This document shows, in pieces, positions 53,650 through 59,087 of a DNA stretch of 59,087 bases. The stretch spans positions 1-59,087 of the forward strand of contig CAYWQF010000001.1 of assembly GCA_964460835.1 (NCBI GenBank), read 5' to 3'. The notes under the pieces were generated by a model. The model saw only the letters and a list, made by a program, of their open reading frames with translations, was not told the origin of the DNA and ran no database searches. Within the stretch, counting starts at the first letter, position 1; every line of letters begins with the position of its first letter. The stretch comes from an uncultured Candidatus Saccharibacteria bacterium. Its GTDB lineage: Bacteria; Patescibacteriota; Minisyncoccia; Phycocordibacterales; CAIZLB01. The position numbers and the translations under genes are program-made.

Positions 53650-56600
53650 TTAATCCAACACCTTCACTGTATCTATAATAAGACTCGGGGTGCCATTTCG
53701 GCTGGATGTTTTAGCTTTGATAGCTACACAAGCTTCTGGTTTCAGTATGCCTTTGAACTGCTCGTAAGTCTTTGGAAATACCACCACCTCTATAGAGCCA
53801 GTGAAGTCTGCGAGCTTGAGGAACATCATTTTGATGGTCGGATCTTTTTTTGTTGCTATCTCTTTTGCTTCTTCTATGATGCCCGCCACTATGACTTGTC
53901 TTTCACGAGGCTGATTTTCCTGCATTTGTTTTTTGTAATCTTCTTTGCTGGTGAATTTCTTTTTCGGTGCTCCGTTTGATGCGCCTGCCTTTTTTACATC
54001 TCCTTCTGACGCTGAGCTTGCGTCATCTGTATCTTTTTCAGCATTTTCCTCGCCGGCAGTGGCAGCACTTTCGCCCCTCTCGGCTAGTTGTGATGGATGT
54101 ATTCCTTTTGCAAACGCTATCTTTTCAGCGAGCTCTTTTTCTTTGGCTTCCTTTATTGCCATCTTTTCAGCAAATATTTTTGCGTCAGTTTCTATAACCT
54201 CGCGTACTTTTGCAATATTTATATCACGCTTTTCTAGTATGGCTTTATATTTGTCGAGAGGGTGGCCGGATACATATAGGCCAAGAAGTTCTTTTTCCCA
54301 AGTGAGCTTTTCTGTCTGTGTGGCGTGACCTTCCTCTTTGAGTCGTAGGTGCTCGCCGTAGCCACCGATCTTTTTTGTATCAGTTTCATTTGTAGTGGAA
54401 GGCGAGTCGAACGGCACAAATATATCTGCTTGTGCGCCCATAAAAGCACCAAAGAGTGAATCCTGATTTTCTGGACGTTTGTGTTGTTCTTTGTTGTATT
54501 CGAGTAAGTCTGGAAGGTTTGTGAGCATCACACCTCGGTCACCATATTCGTCCATAGCTCCAGATTTTATGAGAGCTTCGAGAGATTTTTTATTTAAATT
54601 TTTATCTTTTATGCGGTCGAGGAAATTTTCTAGTGTCAAAAATGGTCCGCCTTTTTTGCGTTCTTCTATTATGGCGTCAGCAATACCTTCGCCAAAGTTT
54701 TTGATACTGTAAAGTCCGAAGCGGATTTTGTCGGTATTTTTTACAATCTCAACAGACCCTTCTGTCGCGTTGGTTTTTTCTAAGTTACTTTTACCAAGCG
54801 ATCCGTCTTTGATAACTGTGAAGTTACCAAAGCTTTCATTCACGTTTGGTGCGAGAGTATCTATACCCATTCGTTTACATTCATTGATAAATACAGAGAT
54901 TTCCTCTACATCACCATGAGCACCAGTGAGTACTGCGGCCATATATATAGCAGGGAAGTTGGCCTTCATATAGGCCGTATGATAGGCGAGCTGTCCATAG
55001 CTGGCGGCGTGAGAATTATGAACAATGATATCATTTGCGACAAAGTTGTGGTGAGGTTCTATAGTAAGATCATAAGTCATTTCACGAGTACTTTTTGTAA
55101 TAGACACAACCTCATCCCAAAATATATCTGACGTAGCGTGGGCGATGATAGCATTTGATTTTAATACCAGACCTATTTTCTCTAATGTTTTTCTTTGATA
55201 ACCTATTTTTTTATTGTCCGCACCGAGAAGTCTTTCTGAAATGCCAGCTTTTTGTGCAAGCGTCTTTACTGAAATATTTTGCCTTGTCATCTCAGAGCGA
55301 ATAAGTTTTAAAATATCTGCTGGCACAATATCTGTTGTACCTCTGGCAAGTAGCCCGTTTGTTTTGGAAGTATAAGCCTTAACTGCCTGATCTTTTAATT
55401 TTTTAAGATCAACTTTTTTATCACCCAATAGATGAGGATGTATTGCAGTATAGAGTTTGTCTATATTATCTTTGTGACTAACGACGACCGTGTAACCGTC
55501 TTTTAGCGTGCCTCGATAACGGAATTTTTTTGAATGAATCGTACTCAGTATTCCAAAGCGAAGTAGAATATGTTGCATATCATGAGCAAGCTGTTTTGAG
55601 CTTGTGGCATAAAAAGCTTGAGTATTTTTGATACTGATAGCTCCATCACCTTGCCAAGCTTTTGCTAGGAAAATAGATAAAGCCGGTCTATTTAATTCAA
55701 ATACAAAGTTTGGTAAAAACTTTTCTGTGGCTTTTTTGTCCGCGAGACCGAGTTTTTCTACAAACATTTTCAATTCATTTCCTTTTCTCTGATTTTCTTG
55801 ACCTACATATACAGACTGTGCATTTTTAGACATATCTACAGTGATGCGAGTATTTTTGAAAATCTTGGTGTGTTTTATAAAATCTTTAACCTCAGTATAT
55901 TTTGTAGAATAAAAATAAATTCCATGTGGGTGGCACAGATTTCCTTCTGATATTAGATAGCCCAGCACCGCTGATTTTGCATTGAGCGCTAATTGTTTTT
56001 TGGATGAAGACTTTGTCTGTGGAAGTTTCGCATCAAAATATTTTGTCCGCATCTCACGAGGTGTGGCTATTTTTTCTCCGACTTTTAAATCAGATAGATT
56101 TTTCCACGAAGAAAGTTCGGGAGAAAATGTTAGGAAGGGATGATTGTCTGTCGCCTTTATTTCTCTGCCACTTCGAGTTTTTAGAATATAGGTTTGTTTT
56201 ACGCCATTTTCCATCGCTTTTGATGTTTTGTATGGCGACAGCTTTAAAGATGGTGCATCTTTTTTCACACTTTTTTCTGAGCCCAAATCTGTATCTAAAG
56301 AATGCAGTGGATATTTTTCCGCTAATGAAATAGGGGCACTATACAGGTCTTTTATTGTGATTCTAGACCCGTTTGTCGCACTAGTTAGTAGAGTGTCTCC
56401 TGACAAACACTTGTTGAATCCATACGCCTGAAACGGTTCAAAGAGTTTCCATAGTCGCTCAGCAAACTTTTTGGTTTGGCCATTTTTGACAATACCTTCG
56501 GTGAGCTTTTCTTTTTGTGCGGCCATTTCTTCACGAATCTTTTTACCCACAGCTTTTCGGAATTTGTCGGCTTCAAGCCAAGAGTATCCAGCAAGTTCGA

Positions 56601-58653
56601 TAGCAGAGAAAAGAAGGTCATCCTGATATACGATGAGACCAAAAGATTCTTTGAGATATTTTTCCATACGAGGATCTTCGTATTTTATGAGTGACGGATC
56701 ATTTTTTCGACGAATATATTCTGGAATAGTTTCCATCGGTCCTGGACGATACAGTGCCACCATCGCGTTTATATCGTGAATAGTTGTTGGCTTCAATTCT
56801 TTCAAAAAACGAGTCATACCAGAACCGTTGAGCTGAAAGAGCCCTTCCGTCTCGCCACGTGCCAACATTTCGAAAGTTTTTTTATCATCGAGGGGAATGC
56901 TATCGAGATCAATTTTCACACCTTCAATCTTTTCTGCAAGATCTAGTGCATCAGCTAGCTGTGAAAGGTTTTTGATACCAAGAAAGTCAAACTTCAAAAG
57001 ACCTGCATTGTTTTCATCCACTGAACGCATATCGTATTGAGTAATGATACGACCTTCACCTTTTGGATCTAGCTGTAGCGGTACGATATCTGTCAGAGGA
57101 ATAGGTGACATAACCACACCGGCGGCATGTACAGAGATGTGTCGAGCACAGCCTTCTATTTGCTTTGCCATATCTAGTATGGTTTTTACATCAGCCTGTT
57201 TCTCATACATTTCTTTGAGTTCTGTAGTCTCAGCGAGCGCTCTGTCTATAGTCATAGCAAAACCTTGCTGACCCATAGGTATGAGCTTGGCGATAGTATC
57301 ACCGAGCGTGTATGGAAAACCCATCGCTCGAGCCACATCTCGCACCGCACCACGGGCCATCATCGTTCCAAAGGTACCGATTTGAGCCACTTTGTCATGA
57401 CCGTATTTTTCTTTTGAATACGCAATCATTTGATCACGTTTGTTGTCGGCATAATCCATATCGATATCTGGCGCAGAAGGTCTCTCAGGATTTAGGAAAC
57501 GTTCGAAGGGAAGTTTGTATTCTATAGGATTCACATTTGTAATACCTGTCAGATAGGTGATCATAGAGCCCGCCACAGACCCTCGAATGTTTGTGAGGAT
57601 TTTATTTCTATGTGCATAATGTAAAAGGTCGGCTACCACCAAGAAGTAAGGTGAATATCCTTTTGTCTTTATTACCTCCAACTCATACTCAATACGCTTT
57701 TTTACTTCATCTGTGAGCTCAACTTTTCGGCGCTTTAGACCTTCGTAAGCGAGGAATCGAAGTTCGTCATCAGCGGTGCGCCCACTTTCTACGACAAAGT
57801 TCGGGAACAGCCATTTACCTAGCTCAAGCTGTGTGTCACAAGAGTCTGCTATTTTTTTACAGTTATCTAGTGCATCAGGGATTTTTAAAATCTGATTGAA
57901 ATATTCCTCAGCTCTTTCTTGTGAAATAAAAGAGAAGTCCGCCTCATCTTCACGACTTCTTTCACTAAACTGATCTTGTATAGACACGAGGGTGTCGCGA
58001 GCCTTTTTGTCTTCCGGCTTTATATAGTACACATCATGAGCGGCGACGAGTGGAATATTTTCCGCGCGAGCAAAGTCCACAAGTTTTTTCATATTTTCTT
58101 CATGTTCATCGAGCTCTGGATGATGAGTTATTTCAATATAAAAATCTTCGCCAAAATGTTTACGATAATAGTCGGCAATAGCTTTAGCATGTTCTAAGTT
58201 GCTAGTCTTTACCGCTTGACTGAGCTCGCCACTAAAAGATGGATTTATAACAATGAGCCCTTCTTTATATTTTTCTATAAGCTCTTTATCTATTCGAGGT
58301 TTGTAATAGAATCCGTCAATGTTCGACTCTGTGACGAGCTTTATGAGGTTTTTATAACCATCGAGGTTTTTTGCGAGCATTACTAGACGAGTACGACGAT
58401 TGTCTATTCTCGGCTCTTTGTCATGCCTTGTGCGCACCGCTACATAAAAGTCCACTCCTATAATAGGCTTGATGCCTTGCTTCTGACACTCTTTATAAAA
58501 CTCGATAGTGCCATACATGTTTCCTGCATCGGTGAGAGCTAGCGCTGGCATCTTGCACTCTACAGCGGCCTTGACTAGCGCCTTTATCTTCGGTAATGCC
58601 TGCAAAAGACTGTAGTGACTATGTGTATGAAGATGTATAAATCGGTCTGACAT
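53650..58653 (-). CDS. dnaE: DNA polymerase III alpha subunit, interrupted by an intein
   Basis: PHP domain start FIHLHTHSHYSLL, pol III alpha core blocks (GSVAGSMITYLTGIT, PDIDMDY, LLKFDFLGIKNL, ALYRPGP), and an OB-fold region near the C-terminus. 1667 aa including a 465-aa intein. Confidence 0.95.
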   Translation of the reverse strand: MSDRFIHLHTHSHYSLLQALPKIKALVKAAVECKMPALALTDAGNMYGTIEFYKECQKQGIKPIIGVDFYVAVRTRHDKEPRIDNRRTRLVMLAKNLDGYKNLIKLVTESNIDGFYYKPRIDKELIEKYKEGLIVINPSFSGELSQAVKTSNLEHAKAIADYYRKHFGEDFYIEITHHPELDEHEENMKKLVDFARAENIPLVAAHDVYYIKPEDKKARDTLVSIQDQFSERSREDEADFSFISQERAEEYFNQILKIPDALDNCKKIADSCDTQLELGKWLFPNFVVESGRTADDELRFLAYEGLKRRKVELTDEVKKRIEYELEVIKTKGYSPYFLVVADLLHYAHRNKILTNIRGSVAGSMITYLTGITNVNPIEYKLPFERFLNPERPSAPDIDMDYADNKRDQMIAYSKEKYGHDKVAQIGTFGTMMARGAVRDVARAMGFPYTLGDTIAKLIPMGQQGFAMTIDRALAETTELKEMYEKQADVKTILDMAKQIEGCARHISVHAAGVVMSPIPLTDIVPLQLDPKGEGRIITQYDMRSVDENNAGLLKFDFLGIKNLSQLADALDLAEKIEGVKIDLDSIPLDDKKTFEMLARGETEGLFQLNGSGMTRFLKELKPTTIHDINAMVALYRPGPMETIPEYIRRKNDPSLIKYEDPRMEKYLKESFGLIVYQDDLLFSAIELAGYSWLEADKFRKAVGKKIREEMAAQKEKLTEGIVKNGQTKKFAERLWKLFEPFQAYGFNKCLSGDTLLTSATNGSRITIKDLYSAPISLAEKYPLHSLDTDLGSEKSVKKDAPSLKLSPYKTSKAMENGVKQTYILKTRSGREIKATDNHPFLTFSPELSSWKNLSDLKVGEKIATPREMRTKYFDAKLPQTKSSSKKQLALNAKSAVLGYLISEGNLCHPHGIYFYSTKYTEVKDFIKHTKIFKNTRITVDMSKNAQSVYVGQENQRKGNELKMFVEKLGLADKKATEKFLPNFVFELNRPALSIFLAKAWQGDGAISIKNTQAFYATSSKQLAHDMQHILLRFGILSTIHSKKFRYRGTLKDGYTVVVSHKDNIDKLYTAIHPHLLGDKKVDLKKLKDQAVKAYTSKTNGLLARGTTDIVPADILKLIRSEMTRQNISVKTLAQKAGISERLLGADNKKIGYQRKTLEKIGLVLKSNAIIAHATSDIFWDEVVSITKSTREMTYDLTIEPHHNFVANDIIVHNSHAASYGQLAYHTAYMKANFPAIYMAAVLTGAHGDVEEISVFINECKRMGIDTLAPNVNESFGNFTVIKDGSLGKSNLEKTNATEGSVEIVKNTDKIRFGLYSIKNFGEGIADAIIEERKKGGPFLTLENFLDRIKDKNLNKKSLEALIKSGAMDEYGDRGVMLTNLPDLLEYNKEQHKRPENQDSLFGAFMGAQADIFVPFDSPSTTNETDTKKIGGYGEHLRLKEEGHATQTEKLTWEKELLGLYVSGHPLDKYKAILEKRDINIAKVREVIETDAKIFAEKMAIKEAKEKELAEKIAFAKGIHPSQLAERGESAATAGEENAEKDTDDASSASEGDVKKAGASNGAPKKKFTSKEDYKKQMQENQPRERQVIVAGIIEEAKEIATKKDPTIKMMFLKLADFTGSIEVVVFPKTYEQFKGILKPEACVAIKAKTSSRNGTPSLIIDTVKVLD
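55015..56409 (-). mobile_element. intein with LAGLIDADG homing-endonuclease domain inside dnaE
   Basis: Inserted in the conserved ...AYGFNK | SHAASYG... block. N-terminal CLSGDTLL (Cys1), block B TDNHPF, LAGLIDADG-like VLGYLISEGNL and FLAKAWQGDGAI, C-terminal NDIIVHN followed by Ser+1. 1395 nt, in frame (residues 749-1213). Confidence 0.9.
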
Positions 58654-58704
58654 ATATAAGGTAAAATAGGTTGGAGAGTGTTAGAATCATAGTATACATT
58701 TTTT

Positions 58705-59087
58705 ATGAAGAAATTTAAAACGGCAAAGTGGCTCGTGGGTATAGATGAGGTCGGGAGGGGTCCTTTGGCTGGGCCTGTGGCTGTTTGTGTTTGTGCTATG
58801 CGTATAGATAATGAGAACATTGACGCAAGAGCGGTAGATCAACTCTTGAAGCACAAAACCCCCAAAGAAACCTACAAAAAATTCTTAAAAAAATATGAAA
58901 AAGAAATAAAATCACGCGGACTAGCTAGTCTCCGAGGGCGAGATTCAAAGAAGCTAAAAGAGAAAGAACGTGAGGCTTGGTATGATTTTTTGGTAGGTAT
59001 CAGCGATGGTGAATGCGATGGCGATTGTGATAGTGGTAGCTACGGCGACAGTAATAGCGATGGCACAAAGCATAGCGGGGCAGACCT
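58705..59087 (+). CDS. rnhB: ribonuclease HII (5' part, runs off the window)
   Basis: MKKFKTAKWLVGIDEVGRGPLAGPVAVCV carries the RNase HII DEDD motif 1, and RGRDSKKL follows. An unusual Gly/Asp/Cys/Ser-rich stretch begins near the window end. Confidence 0.85.
   Translation, partial: MKKFKTAKWLVGIDEVGRGPLAGPVAVCVCAMRIDNENIDARAVDQLLKHKTPKETYKKFLKKYEKEIKSRGLASLRGRDSKKLKEKEREAWYDFLVGISDGECDGDCDSGSYGDSNSDGTKHSGAD

Noticed and set aside
1-59087. CRISPR arrays, rRNA genes, transposases/integrases, prophage structural genes
   Set aside because: I scanned intergenic regions and the ORF translations. I recognised no regularly spaced identical repeats, no rRNA-like conserved blocks, and no DDE, tyrosine or serine recombinase motifs.

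Overview
This is a 59-kb chromosomal segment from a low-GC bacterium. GC values here are hand counts of sample lines, not computed: core genes are roughly 40-45% GC. The housekeeping backbone comprises tRNA-Gln(CUG), msrB-msrA, a two-gene ABC exporter, gyrB, thrS, and lexA behind a Cheo-type SOS box. It also includes an ECF sigma/anti-sigma pair, a DEAD-box helicase, a PIF1/RecD-like helicase, dnaE split by a 465-aa LAGLIDADG intein, and the 5' end of rnhB. There are also many large Ser/Thr/Asn/Tyr-rich envelope proteins, a sortase and an L,D-transpeptidase. The gene style (low-complexity insertions in core proteins, intein, retroelement, many ORFan surface proteins) resembles uncultivated small-genome lineages such as CPR/Patescibacteria, but that is inference only. 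The strongest system is a complete diversity-generating retroelement (DGR) at 29.4-32.2 kb. It has a target gene with a C-terminal variable repeat, a 116-bp template repeat in which 17 of 18 differences lie at template adenines, a four-helix-bundle Avd-like gene, and a DGR-type reverse transcriptase. A G9 homopolymer lies where the divergent RT and Avd-like reading frames meet. Removing one G would give both genes ATG starts, so this is either a homopolymer sequencing error or a slipped-strand ON/OFF switch for the whole retroelement. Other points worth a second look: a very AT-rich island next to tRNA-Gln encoding a Ser/Thr kinase, an Rx4H (HEPN-like) protein and two ORFans, each preceded by a recurring GAGACG-type motif. 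Several GC-rich single-gene islets (~55-63% GC) sit between core genes. Two surface proteins carry (I/V)P(S/A)TG sorting-like signals. A perfect 27-bp inverted repeat and a 232-bp perfect intragenic duplication are also present. No CRISPR array, rRNA, transposase or integrase was recognised.
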